32,000 nt of DNA from Haloferax volcanii DS2 (GTDB lineage: Archaea > Halobacteriota > Halobacteria > Halobacteriales > Haloferacaceae), in NCBI RefSeq assembly GCF_000025685.1, contig NC_013967.1, forward strand, positions 600,001-632,000, written 5' to 3'. The stretch's first letter is position 1. Every line of letters begins with the position of its first letter. Shown piece after piece: positions 6,487 through 15,743 of the stretch. The translations under genes and the position numbers were made by a program. The notes beneath the pieces were generated by a model. It had not been told where the DNA came from and did not search any database. It saw only the letters and a program-made list of their open reading frames with translations.

Positions 6487-7254
6487 ATGGACGTTTCAGA
6501 CCTCGAAGCCGCGTTCGCACTCCCGCTCGCCGAAGACACCTCGGTCGATACGACCCTCCTCGGCGTCGTCTCGACGCTCGCGTCGCTCGCCACGCCGCTT
6601 GCGGGCATCTTGCTTGCGGGCTACGTCGTCCGCCTCGTTCGTGCCGGCGACCGCGAGGCGGCCGCGCTCCCCTCGTTCGACGACCTCACCGGTATGGCCG
6701 TCGACGGCGCTCGTCTCTCGGCCGCGCTCGTCGCGCTCCAACTCCCCGCAGTCGGCCTCGCGACCGTCTCCCTTCCGGGTTCCAGGCCGTCGATTGCGAT
6801 GCTCTCGTACGCGACCAACCCCGTGATGCTCGGGTCTTTCGGCGTCACCGCGCTCGACACCGCCGGCCTCGTCGCCGCCGGCCTCGCCTCGCTTTTGGGG
6901 TCGTATCTCTCGCTGGTGGCGACCGTCGCTCTCGCCCGCGAAGCGTCGCTCGCCGCGGCGATTCCGGCCACGCGCGACCTCGCGTCCGACCGCTCGTTCG
7001 TCCGCGTCGCCTCGGCCGTCGCGCTCGTCGTCTTCGTCGCCCGTCTGTTCGTCGCTCTCTGCGCCGCGGTTCCGGTCGCCGGAACCCTTCTCGCCGCGAC
7101 CGCGTCGTTCCTCCTTTTGGTCGTGTCGGCGACGCTCCTCGGTCGCGGCGCACCGGATGCGTCGTCGCCCGGTGCCGACGCGACCCGCGAGTCGCACGCC
7201 GACGGCGTGAACGCGGAGTCGGTGGAGTCAGCGGAGTCGGTACCGTCGGCGTAG
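6487..7254 (+). CDS. Haloarchaeal integral membrane protein (DUF4013-like), 255 aa
   Basis: ORF with several long hydrophobic segments and an acidic C-terminal tail. Start chosen at ATG 6487 (MDVSDLEAAF) from the TATA spacing. The family assignment is from memory and tentative. Confidence 0.7.
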   Translation: MDVSDLEAAFALPLAEDTSVDTTLLGVVSTLASLATPLAGILLAGYVVRLVRAGDREAAALPSFDDLTGMAVDGARLSAALVALQLPAVGLATVSLPGSRPSIAMLSYATNPVMLGSFGVTALDTAGLVAAGLASLLGSYLSLVATVALAREASLAAAIPATRDLASDRSFVRVASAVALVVFVARLFVALCAAVPVAGTLLAATASFLLLVVSATLLGRGAPDASSPGADATRESHADGVNAESVESAESVPSA

Positions 7255-7277
7255 AAACAGAAACCGCGCCCGTGGGA

Positions 7278-8000
7278 TTACTCTGCGACGAGTTCGGCCG
7301 TCGCGTCCTTCGCGCCCTCGACCGTCTCGCGCACCGCGTCGACGCCCTCGTCGTGCAGGAGGTTGCCGACGACGACCGCGTCCGCGTGCTGGCCCATCTC
7401 GTAGGCCGACTCGTAGTCGTGGATGCCACCGCCGTAGAACAGCGTCGCATCGTCGAGCGCGTCGTGCGCCGCGCCGACCTTCTCGGGGTCGCCGTAGGTG
7501 CCGGAGTACTCGACGTAGATGATTTTCTGGCCGAACATCTTCTCGGCGACGCGGGCGAACGACGCCACGTCCTCGGCGGACTGGTCGGTGTCGGCGTCGG
7601 TGTACTCGGCGACCGACGACTCGGGGTTCAACACGATGTACGCCTCGGTGTGGGTGCGGTCCCAGTCGAGGCCGTCTTCGATGCGGACCCACTCCTTGTG
7701 CGCGCCGGTGATCCAAAACGAGTCGCTCGCGTTGAACACCGTCGGGATGAGGTAACCGTCCAGCGCGTCGTCGTCGATGACGACGCCGGGGTTCGACGGC
7801 TCCTGGTAGATTGGCACGTCGTACTTCGAGGTGGCCTCGATGACGCGTTCCATCTTCTCCTCTGTGATGTCGAGCGTGCCGCCGATTTCGAGGGCGTCGG
7901 TGCCCGTCTCACACACGTCTTCGAACGTCTCGCCGTCGACGAGGTCCTTGTCCGGGTCGATTTTGGTGATATGGTCCCAGTCTTCCCACGGATAGCTCAT
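7278..8000 (-). CDS. Geranylgeranylglyceryl phosphate synthase (PcrB/GGGPS family; archaeal ether-lipid synthesis)
   Basis: 240 aa from ATG 8000 ([42 protein letters not shown]). Also [13 protein letters not shown] and LFYGGGI motifs. TATA-like TTTTTA sits ~28 nt upstream. Confidence 0.88.
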   Translation of the reverse strand: MSYPWEDWDHITKIDPDKDLVDGETFEDVCETGTDALEIGGTLDITEEKMERVIEATSKYDVPIYQEPSNPGVVIDDDALDGYLIPTVFNASDSFWITGAHKEWVRIEDGLDWDRTHTEAYIVLNPESSVAEYTDADTDQSAEDVASFARVAEKMFGQKIIYVEYSGTYGDPEKVGAAHDALDDATLFYGGGIHDYESAYEMGQHADAVVVGNLLHDEGVDAVRETVEGAKDATAELVAE

Positions 8001-8025
8001 TGGTCGCTCTATGCTTGAGGGGGCG

Positions 8026-8031
8026 TAAAAA
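8026..8031 (-). promoter_or_regulatory. TATA-like box for the GGGPS gene
   Basis: The minus strand reads TTTTTA, centred ~28 nt upstream of ATG 8000. Confidence 0.4.
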
Positions 8032-8072
8032 GCGTGCGGATGGAACGGGTCACACGCATAGCCGGGAGTGAA

Positions 8073-8078
8073 TTTTAA
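8073..8078 (+). promoter_or_regulatory. TATA-like box for mrr
   Basis: TTTTAA centred ~30 nt upstream of ATG 8106. Confidence 0.4.
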
Positions 8079-8105
8079 CCCACCTGTCACCAAACCCGGT
8101 GTACG

Positions 8106-9110
8106 ATGGACGCTGCCGCCGCGACCGAGTATGTAGAAAGTCGAGCGATGACGCTGTCCCCGGAGGAGTTCGAATTACTCTGCGAGTCGGTACTCTCCGA
8201 GTCACTCCCCTCGGCGCGGTTCTCGGTGACGGCGTTTCGACAGGACGGCGGTATCGACATCGACGGACGCATCAGAAATTCGCTTTTGGACGTTTCGCTG
8301 GGCGTTCAGGCGAAGCAGTACGGCTCAAGCAACACGGTCGGTTCGCCCGAAATACAGCGATTTCAGGGGGCGCTGGCCGACACGGGATGTGACACCGGGA
8401 CGGTCATCACGGCGAGTTCGTTCACCACACCAGCCGTCGAAAGCGCCGAACGAGCTGGGATTCACTTGGTGAACGGTTCCGAACTGTTCGACTCGATGAT
8501 CAACCTTCGCGTCGGCGTTCGCCGGCAGAGTACTCGGTTCGAACCCGACGAAGAGTTCTGGAGCCTGTTCGGAGAGCCCGGTGAGGCGGGCGTGATACCA
8601 TCTAAGCGAGTCCCACTCGCCAACTCGTTCGAAACCCTCGACGCTGTTCTCTCGGCTATCGGCGACACCCGCGGCGAGAAAGACGATATCGTCGAGTCCG
8701 CGGGCGCGTCGCCCCGTCACGCGGACCTGTACGCGATTGCGGGCTGGGTTCTCGGGTTCGTTCACCAAGAGTGGCCGGACGAGGAATCCCACAGACAGCG
8801 CCGCTGGTCGCTCACCCGAAGCGGCGCTCGGTACGTCGCCTATCGAGCGGCGGGCCTCGACGACGAGGCCGAAATCCTCCTTCTCGACGGGATTCGAAAC
8901 GCAGAGATAATCGAACGGCTCGTAAACTCGCTCTCTGAGTCGGGGTCACTCGGACACAGTGATCTCGTTGACTTCGTCGCATCTGAGTCGGAGCTATCGC
9001 GGAGTAGCGCGAAACGCCGGGGCAGTTCGGTCGGCATTTGGCTCGCCCGACTCCCCGAAGTCTCGGTCGAAAACGGACGCGAAAAACGATACGTTTGGAA
9101 CGGGAGTTAA
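8106..9110 (+). CDS. mrr: Mrr-type (type IV, modification-dependent) restriction endonuclease-domain protein with an uncharacterised C-terminal region
   Basis: The N-terminal ~125 aa matches the Mrr_cat pattern: [57 protein letters not shown]. The C-terminal ~200 aa has two winged-helix-like stretches ([13 protein letters not shown] and [12 protein letters not shown]). By eye it has more A/T-ending codons than its neighbours. Confidence 0.82.
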   Translation: MDAAAATEYVESRAMTLSPEEFELLCESVLSESLPSARFSVTAFRQDGGIDIDGRIRNSLLDVSLGVQAKQYGSSNTVGSPEIQRFQGALADTGCDTGTVITASSFTTPAVESAERAGIHLVNGSELFDSMINLRVGVRRQSTRFEPDEEFWSLFGEPGEAGVIPSKRVPLANSFETLDAVLSAIGDTRGEKDDIVESAGASPRHADLYAIAGWVLGFVHQEWPDEESHRQRRWSLTRSGARYVAYRAAGLDDEAEILLLDGIRNAEIIERLVNSLSESGSLGHSDLVDFVASESELSRSSAKRRGSSVGIWLARLPEVSVENGREKRYVWNGS

Positions 9111-11629
9111 TCCGCCGCCGTCTGCCACTTCCGAACCGTATCCGCACCAACGCCTTCGACTTTCGCCGCGATGTCGTCGGGTTCGGACGCCTTCAGCGTC
9201 TTCACGTCCTCGATGCCGGCGTCCTTCAGCTTCTCGGCGGTCTTCGCGCCGATGCCGTTGATGCTCTCTAACTCGGAACCGCCCTCGCCGTTCTGCTGGG
9301 CTTGGTACTCGCGGTAGTTGCAGATGGGACAGCCGAGTTCCCACGGCTCGCGGTCGCCCTCGTACGTAATCCGGAGTTCGGGCAGGTCGTGTTCCTCGCA
9401 GGACTCGTCCGTCACCTCGATGTCGCCGCGACGGGGTAGCGGCAGCGAGTAGTCGCAGTCGGGGTAGCGGGTACAGCCGACGAGCCGGGAGCCGGAGCGG
9501 AGGCGCTTGATGGCGAGTTCGCCGTCGTGTTCTTCGCCGCACTCGGGACACGTCCCGATGACGAGGTCGTCTTCCTCGTCGGCCTCCTCGGCCTTACAGA
9601 GCGGACAGCCGTGGACGAACGTCTTGCGCCCGGCGAGCATCTTGATGTGGTGGAGGTCGTGGTCCTCGCAGGACTCTTCCATGATGAGCGGCTTCCCCGT
9701 GGAAGGAAGCGGCAGCGTGTAAGTGCAGTCTGGGTAGGAGTCACAGCCGATGAAGTACGAGCCGCGACGGCTCTTTCTGACGACGAGGTCGCCGCCGCAG
9801 TCCGGGCAGGTGCCGACCGTCTTGTCGGCCTTCAGCGAGTCTTGGAGCTGCTTACCGAGTTCCTCGCGGGACTCCATCAGCCCCTCGAACACCTCTCCGA
9901 GCATCTCTTTGGACTCCTCGGTCACGTCTTCGAGGGTGGCTTCGCCGCGGGCGATAGCCAGCATATCGGATTCGAGTTGCGAGGTCATCTCCTCGCTGAC
10001 GATGAGCTTCGCGAAGTCCTCGGAGGCCTCCACGACGGCCCGCGCGAGGCGGGTCGGTCGCGGCGGGTCGCTCTCGATGTAGCCGCGGTCGTAGAGCTTC
10101 TGAATCACGTCGTGGCGGGTCGCCTTCGTCCCGATGCCCATCTGTTCCATCGTTTCGATGAGCCGCGACTGGCCGTAGCGCCGCGGGGGCTGGGTCTGCT
10201 TGGCGTCGAGGTGCGTGTCGGACAGCACGAGCGACTCGCCTTCCTCGACGTCCGGCACGAACGACTCGCTGGAGTTGAAGTACGGGTACACGTCGTGGTA
10301 GCCGGCTTCGAGCAGGCGCTTGCCGTTTGCCTTCAGCGAGAGCCCCTCGACCTCGGCGACGACGCGGAGGTGCTCCCAGACGGCGTCCTCGGCGACGGTG
10401 GCGAAGAAGCGCCGGACGACGAGTTCGTACACGTCCCACTCGTCGTCTGAGAGGTCGGACGCCGAGGGGAGTTCGCCGGTCGGGTGAATCGGCGGGTGGT
10501 CGGTCGTCTCGTTGTCGCCCTCGGTCGGCTCGATTTCCTCCTGTTCGAGGAGGGATTCGGCGTCTTCCTTGAACCGGCGGTCGCCCTCGAACGCGCCGAG
10601 CAGTTCGCGCGGGTCGAGGTCGTCGGGGTACACCGTGTTGTCGGTCCGCGGGTAGGTGATGTAACCGGCCGTGTAGAGGTCCTCGGCGATGCTCATCGCC
10701 CGCTGGGCGGAGTAGCCGATAGAGCCGGCGGCCCGGATGAACTGCGTGGTGTTGAACGGGGCGGGCGGCGTGTCGGTCCGCGTGCGGCGGTTGACCGACG
10801 AGACCTCGGCGGCCTCGACGCCGAGGAGCGTCTGGTAGGCTTCCTCCGCGTCGTCTTCGTCCCAGATGCGCTCGGCTTCGGTGCCGTCGTCGTCGAGATA
10901 GAAGTACTGCGCCTCGAACGACTCGGCGTCGCCGTCGGCGTCTTTCGTCAGTTTGGAGAACAGCTCCCAGTAGTCTTCGGGGTCGAACGCGTCGATTTCG
11001 CGCTCGCGGTCGACGATGAGTTTCAGCGTCGGCCCCTGCACGCGGCCGACCGAGATGAAGTCGTTGCCGAGCTGGCGGGCCGAAAGCGAGAGGAAGCGCG
11101 TGAGCGCCGCCCCCCAGACGAGGTCGATAATCTGTCGGGCCTCGCCCGCGGCGGCGAGGTCGAAGTCGAGGTCGTCGGGGTTCTCGAACGCCTCCGTCAC
11201 CTCGCGGTTCGTAATCGAGGAAAACCGAACGCGGTCGACGGGCACGTCCTCGTTGACGTCGCGGACGAGTTCGTACGCCTCCTTGCCGATGAGTTCGCCC
11301 TCGCGGTCGTAGTCGGTCGCAATGGTAACCTTTCCCGCGCGGCGGGCGAGGCGGCGGAGCGCGGCGACGATGTTCTCCTGCGTGGGGTGTTTCTCGACGG
11401 GCGCGCCGATGAGTTCGACCGGCTCCACGTCGCGCCAGTCGTTGTACTCCGGCGGGAAGTCCACGCCGACGACGTGGCCCGACAGCCCGATACAGCGCTT
11501 GCCGCCCCACTTGTAGACGTTCACGCCGTTCATTCGCTCCGCGGAGGCGGTCTCGCCGCTCAGGATGTCGGCGATGCGCCTCGCGGCGTTGTCCTTCTCC
11601 GTGATGATGAGTTCCGGACCCCTGCTCAT
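9107..11629 (-). CDS. topA: DNA topoisomerase I (type IA) with four C-terminal zinc ribbons and helix-hairpin-helix motifs
   Basis: 840 aa from ATG 11629 (MSRGPELIITEKDNAARRIA, Toprim). Also has the ITYPRTD active-site Tyr motif, four CxxC...CxxC units and a terminal GIGAKTAEKL HhH. The 22-codon upstream extension was rejected. Confidence 0.95.
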   Translation of the reverse strand: MSRGPELIITEKDNAARRIADILSGETASAERMNGVNVYKWGGKRCIGLSGHVVGVDFPPEYNDWRDVEPVELIGAPVEKHPTQENIVAALRRLARRAGKVTIATDYDREGELIGKEAYELVRDVNEDVPVDRVRFSSITNREVTEAFENPDDLDFDLAAAGEARQIIDLVWGAALTRFLSLSARQLGNDFISVGRVQGPTLKLIVDREREIDAFDPEDYWELFSKLTKDADGDAESFEAQYFYLDDDGTEAERIWDEDDAEEAYQTLLGVEAAEVSSVNRRTRTDTPPAPFNTTQFIRAAGSIGYSAQRAMSIAEDLYTAGYITYPRTDNTVYPDDLDPRELLGAFEGDRRFKEDAESLLEQEEIEPTEGDNETTDHPPIHPTGELPSASDLSDDEWDVYELVVRRFFATVAEDAVWEHLRVVAEVEGLSLKANGKRLLEAGYHDVYPYFNSSESFVPDVEEGESLVLSDTHLDAKQTQPPRRYGQSRLIETMEQMGIGTKATRHDVIQKLYDRGYIESDPPRPTRLARAVVEASEDFAKLIVSEEMTSQLESDMLAIARGEATLEDVTEESKEMLGEVFEGLMESREELGKQLQDSLKADKTVGTCPDCGGDLVVRKSRRGSYFIGCDSYPDCTYTLPLPSTGKPLIMEESCEDHDLHHIKMLAGRKTFVHGCPLCKAEEADEEDDLVIGTCPECGEEHDGELAIKRLRSGSRLVGCTRYPDCDYSLPLPRRGDIEVTDESCEEHDLPELRITYEGDREPWELGCPICNYREYQAQQNGEGGSELESINGIGAKTAEKLKDAGIEDVKTLKASEPDDIAAKVEGVGADTVRKWQTAAD

Positions 11630-11925
11630 TGAGCGGCGATATGTCGGGGGTTGTCCTAAACCTTTCGTGCCGAATTCGAAGCGTAGCGGCCTCAACGCGC
11701 GCGGATACGGGCGGGCGGGTGAGCGCCCTCGCGCGCGAAGGTGTGTGTCTGCCGACGCGTCCGCGACACGCCGCGTCTCCCGTCGGATTTCACCGACTCG
11801 CTCCGCCGACCCGACGCTAGGAGCGACGACGATACCCGAGACGACTGCGACACGGGAACCGATAACAGCCGCCCGCCGAACCTGACAGCAGAACGACTTT
11901 CTCCGACGGCTCGGAAGGGAGCGCC

Positions 11926-12621
11926 ATGCGACAGCCCTCCACCGAACACCTCCGCCTCGGCCTCGCGGTCCTCCTGATATTCACGCCGCTTTGGGGGCCG
12001 GCGCTCGGGCTCACCGGCCCGACGTACACCTACGAGTCCGCCGAAATCGGGGTCGAGGATAACCGTCTCGTCGTGCCCGACCGCGACGCTCGCTCGGAGT
12101 TGTGGCACGGCATCGACGGGTTCGCCTGCTCGGTCGGGTCGTCGGTGACGCGCTACTGCGCGCTGGAGGCCGCGACCCTGAACGGGACGCTCGCGGTCGA
12201 CCACCCGGACGTGCAATCGAGTTCTTCAGGGCATCTAGACGTCGAAGAACGGTACCTCGCCTACTACGACGGCCGGGTCTTCGAGCGCGAATCGACGTGG
12301 GAGGACGGCCGGTACGTCCTCTCGACGGCGCGCGTCCCGGCCGCGGCGGCGCTGGATGAGGTCGCTCGACCTCCCGACCGATACCCGACCGCGTGGACGG
12401 CTATCGAGAACGGGTCGGGGACCGCGGACCGCGAACTCTGGCCGACGGACGCGGGCGCGAGAGTGTTCGAAGTCGACGGCGACTACTACCTCGTCTACCG
12501 GACCGGCGTGGACCGCCCGCTTCCGTCGTCGCCGGCGGCGGAGGAGGCGCTGACGTGGTTCGCGGTCGTTCTCGGGTCGGCGATGCTGTTCGGCCGCGAC
12601 GATGACGACGACTGGTCGTAG
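11926..12621 (+). CDS. Hypothetical exported/membrane-anchored protein (N-terminal signal/TM, C-terminal TM, poly-Asp tail)
   Basis: 231-aa ORF with GC3-rich codons. N-terminal LRLGLAVLLIFTPLWGPALG, C-terminal WFAVVLGSAMLF followed by DDDDDWS. I recognise no family. Confidence 0.65.
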   Translation: MRQPSTEHLRLGLAVLLIFTPLWGPALGLTGPTYTYESAEIGVEDNRLVVPDRDARSELWHGIDGFACSVGSSVTRYCALEAATLNGTLAVDHPDVQSSSSGHLDVEERYLAYYDGRVFERESTWEDGRYVLSTARVPAAAALDEVARPPDRYPTAWTAIENGSGTADRELWPTDAGARVFEVDGDYYLVYRTGVDRPLPSSPAAEEALTWFAVVLGSAMLFGRDDDDDWS

Positions 12622-12686
12622 TCACGTTCTCCGGGGCTGACAGGAAACGGCCGTCGTCGCGGAGAAGCGAACCCGAAGTCGGTCGG

Positions 12687-14177
12687 TTATTCGTCCAGTC
12701 GCTCGCGGAGCAACTGGTTCACGGTGCCGGGGTCGGCGCTTCCCTGGGACTTCTGCATGACCTGCCCGACGAGGAAGTTCAGCGCGCCGCCCTCGCCGTT
12801 GTGGTAGTCCTCGACGGCGTCGGGGTTCTCGTCGATGGCTTCCTGGACGAAGCCGCCGATTTCGTCGTCGTCGGCCTTGCCCAGCCCCGCTTCGTTGACG
12901 ATGGTGTCGGGGTCCTTGCCCTCGTCGAGCATCTCGCGGAGGACGATTTCCTCGGCGTTCTTCGTCGTCACCTCGTCGGCGGCGACGAGTTCGACGAGCC
13001 GCGTGAACTCGTCGAGGCGGTCCGACACGTCCGTGATGTGCATATCGCGGTAGTTGAGTTCGCCGAGGAGGTTGTCGGCGACCCACGTCGCGGCGAGGTC
13101 GGCGTCGAACTCGGCGGCCACGTCCTCGAAGAAGTCCGCGACCTCCTTGGTCGAGGTGAGCTTCGAGGCGGACTCCTCGTCGATGCCGTACTCGGTACGG
13201 AAGCGCTCGCGGCGGGCGTCGGGGAGCTCCGGAATCGGAATCTCCTCCTTCCAGTGGGCGACCTGGAGCGGCGGGAGGTCGGCCTCGCGGAAGTAGCGGT
13301 AGTCCTTTTCTTCTTCCTTCGAGCGCATCGAGACGGTGATGCCGCGGGACTCGTCCCAGTGGCGCGTCTCCTGTTCGACGGCGCGGCCGCGCTGGATGGC
13401 GTTCTTCTGGCGGGTGACCTCGTAGGCCAGCGCCTTCTCCGCCCCCTTGTGGCTGGAGATGTTCTTGACCTCGGTGCGGTTGGCCGCTTCGAGCGCGTCG
13501 TCGGAAATCGCGCCGTCGTCGTCGACCTCGTCGGCGGGGACGAGCGAGATGTTGGCGTCGATGCGGAGCGAGCCGTCGCGGGTGGCGTCGAACACGCCGA
13601 GGTATTCGAGCACCTCTTCGAGCTTGGCGAGGAACGCGCGGGTCTCCTGCGGGCTTCGGAAGTCGGGTTCGGTGACGATTTCGACCAGCGGCGTGCCGGC
13701 GCGGTTGTAGTTGACGAGCGTGTAGTCCGCCGTGTCGATGCTGCCGCCTTTGTGCTGGAGGCTCCCGGGGTCCTCTTCGAGGTGGGCGCGCGTGATGCCG
13801 ATGTCGCGGCGGGTACCCTCGACGGACACTTCCAGCGTCCCGTCGGCGCAGATGGGCGCGTCGTACTGGGTTATCTGGAAGTTCTTGGGCAGGTCGGGGT
13901 AGTAGTAGTTCTTCCGGTGGAAGCGGGTGTCCTCGGCGATGTCGGCGTTCAGCGCCTTGCCGATTTTGACCGCCGACTCCACCGCCGCCTCGTTGAGCAC
14001 CGGGAGCGCGCCCGGCAGTCCGAGACAGACGGGGCACACGCGGGTGTTCGGCTCCTCGTCCTCGGCAGGCTCGGTCGAACAGCTACAGAAAATCTTCGTG
14101 GCCGTCTCGAGCTGAACGTGGACCTCCAACCCGATGACGACCGCGAGTTCGCGCTGTTCGAGCGCTTGCGCAGTCAT
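12687..14177 (-). CDS. gatB: Asp-tRNA(Asn)/Glu-tRNA(Gln) amidotransferase subunit B
   Basis: 496 aa with GLEVHVQL, KIFCSCS, VCPVCLGLPGALPVLN, NADIAEDTRFHRKNYYYPDLPKNFQITQ and the C-terminal YqeY-like tail. TATA-like CTTTAG sits 27 nt upstream of ATG 14177. Confidence 0.95.
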   Translation of the reverse strand: MTAQALEQRELAVVIGLEVHVQLETATKIFCSCSTEPAEDEEPNTRVCPVCLGLPGALPVLNEAAVESAVKIGKALNADIAEDTRFHRKNYYYPDLPKNFQITQYDAPICADGTLEVSVEGTRRDIGITRAHLEEDPGSLQHKGGSIDTADYTLVNYNRAGTPLVEIVTEPDFRSPQETRAFLAKLEEVLEYLGVFDATRDGSLRIDANISLVPADEVDDDGAISDDALEAANRTEVKNISSHKGAEKALAYEVTRQKNAIQRGRAVEQETRHWDESRGITVSMRSKEEEKDYRYFREADLPPLQVAHWKEEIPIPELPDARRERFRTEYGIDEESASKLTSTKEVADFFEDVAAEFDADLAATWVADNLLGELNYRDMHITDVSDRLDEFTRLVELVAADEVTTKNAEEIVLREMLDEGKDPDTIVNEAGLGKADDDEIGGFVQEAIDENPDAVEDYHNGEGGALNFLVGQVMQKSQGSADPGTVNQLLRERLDE

Positions 14178-14201
14178 TGGCCGGGCTTCGACGGCGGTGG
14201 G

Positions 14202-14207
14202 CTAAAG
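14202..14207 (-). promoter_or_regulatory. TATA-like box for gatB
   Basis: The minus strand reads CTTTAG, centred ~27 nt upstream of ATG 14177. Confidence 0.35.
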
Positions 14208-14297
14208 ACTAACGGGACTGGTCGCGGTGGACCCCGTTCGCGGGTCGGCGGCCCGACACCGAGCCCTGTGACACCCGACAGACAATCACTAACGAGG

Positions 14298-14306
14298 TTT
14301 TATATA
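14298..14306 (+). promoter_or_regulatory. TATA box (TTTTATATA) for the DUF3100 / membrane / M20 operon
   Basis: The strongest TATA-like element in the window, ~45 nt upstream of ATG 14347. This implies a short (~18 nt) leader. Confidence 0.45.
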
Positions 14307-14346
14307 CTGGCGTTTCATCACCACGATTTACGGAACTCGTTCACAT

Positions 14347-15231
14347 ATGACAAACGATACCACCTCGGATAGATGGGCACCGATTCGGACCGCCGGCCGA
14401 CTCTCGGCGCATCTCCGGACGCATCTGACGGTCCTTCTCATCGTCGTCGTCGCGGAACTCATCGGGACGATAACGTTCCCGCTCGGACCGGGCCAGGTCG
14501 TGCTCCTGCCGCTTCTGTACGCGGTCGTTCTCGGCCTCGCCCTCAGTTACAGCGTCCTCGGGTCGGTCATCGAACCGCTCCGGTCGGTCGTCGACGAGGA
14601 CGTGAGCCGCATCGCCTCGCCGCTTCTCGTCGTCGCGCTGATGCCGCTCGGCGTGAAATACGGGACGCTCGTCGCGCCCTCGTTCTACGACCTCGTGGCG
14701 GCCGGGCCGGCGTTCGTCCTCCAGGAGTTCGGGAACCTCGGCACGATTCTCATCGCGCTCCCGCTCGCCCTGCTGTTGGGCCTCAAACGCGAGTCCATCG
14801 GCGCGGCGGTCAGCATCGCCCGCGAACCGACCCTCGGCGTCATCACCGACAAGTACGGCATCGAGTCGCCCGAGGGCCGCGGCGTCCTCGGGACCTACAT
14901 GACCGGCACGGTCCTCGGAACCGTCTTCTTCGGCCTGCTCGGCGGCTTCGCGCCCGCGACGGGGCTGCACCCGCTCGCGCTCTCGATGGCCTGTGGCATG
15001 GGGTCGGCGAGCATGATGACCGCCTGTTCCACGTCGCTGGCGACCGCCGTCGGCGGTGCGGGCGTCGCCGAGGACCAGATTCTGAGCTTCGCCGCGACGA
15101 GCAACCTCCTGACCGGCATCACGGGGCTCTACATGGTCATCCTCGTCGGCCTCCCGGTCATCACGCGTCTGTACGCGGTCCTCGCGCCCGTGTTCGGCCG
15201 CGACACCGCCGCGGCCGACGGAGGTGAGTGA
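14347..15231 (+). CDS. DUF3100-family integral membrane protein (putative transporter component)
   Basis: 294-aa polytopic membrane ORF with motifs such as LGLKRESIGAAVSIAREPTLG and MACGMGSASMM. The family assignment is from memory. It is first in a tight three-gene cluster. Confidence 0.78.
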   Translation: MTNDTTSDRWAPIRTAGRLSAHLRTHLTVLLIVVVAELIGTITFPLGPGQVVLLPLLYAVVLGLALSYSVLGSVIEPLRSVVDEDVSRIASPLLVVALMPLGVKYGTLVAPSFYDLVAAGPAFVLQEFGNLGTILIALPLALLLGLKRESIGAAVSIAREPTLGVITDKYGIESPEGRGVLGTYMTGTVLGTVFFGLLGGFAPATGLHPLALSMACGMGSASMMTACSTSLATAVGGAGVAEDQILSFAATSNLLTGITGLYMVILVGLPVITRLYAVLAPVFGRDTAAADGGE

Positions 15232-15232
15232 G

Positions 15233-15697
15233 ATGTCGATGTCGACCCCGGAGTTCTCCGTCGAGTCGCTGAAGATGCTGCTCGTGGTGGCGTTCCTGAC
15301 GCTGACGGCCAACTTCATCGCCACCGGCACGGGCTTCGTCGCCGCGCTCCCCGGCACGGCGCTCATCGTCGTCCTCGGCCTCGTCGCCCTGCTCATGGGG
15401 CGGCTGATTCCGCTGGACCTGCCGGCGTTCGCCTACGCGATGGTGCTCGCGTTCGCGCTCGCACTGCCGTTTTCGCCGGTGCAAGCGCCGTTTCTCGCCG
15501 CGGTCGGAGAAATCGATTTCCTCGCCACGACGACGCCGATTCTCGCCTACGCGGGCCTCTCTATCGGCCTCCAGACCGGGAAGATGAAGGAGGTCAGCTG
15601 GAAGCTCGTCCTCGTGGCCGTGTTCGTCTTCTTCGGCACGTTCTTCGGCTCGGCGCTCATCTCGCAGGCCGTGCTGTCCGCACAGGGGATTATCTGA
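15233..15697 (+). CDS. Small integral membrane protein (4 TM) partnered with the DUF3100 protein
   Basis: ATG 15233 lies 1 nt after the upstream TGA and 6 nt after a strong SD-like GGAGGTGA (15219-15226). The GTG at 15224 is an alternative start. Hydrophobic throughout. Confidence 0.7.
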   Translation: MSMSTPEFSVESLKMLLVVAFLTLTANFIATGTGFVAALPGTALIVVLGLVALLMGRLIPLDLPAFAYAMVLAFALALPFSPVQAPFLAAVGEIDFLATTTPILAYAGLSIGLQTGKMKEVSWKLVLVAVFVFFGTFFGSALISQAVLSAQGII

Positions 15698-15743
15698 TGT
15701 CGCGCCTCACGACCGCCCGCCGTCCGCGCCGGGGTGAGACGCG

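Noticed and set aside
5813-6826. 337-aa ORF taken at face value as one gene
   Set aside because: Only its central third is cupin-like. The N-terminal part is an Arg-rich overlap of the aspS promoter region. The C-terminal 180 aa is Arg/Ser/Pro-rich and overlaps the real membrane-protein gene at 6487-7254.
11630-11925. Gene or RNA in the 296-nt topA upstream spacer (ORFs 11629..11820, 11741..11977, 11817..12029)
   Set aside because: The translations are Arg/Cys/Pro-rich and lack GC3 periodicity. The only structure is a weak 6-bp stem (ccgacg...cgtcgg) with a 22-nt loop. No tRNA-like features are present.
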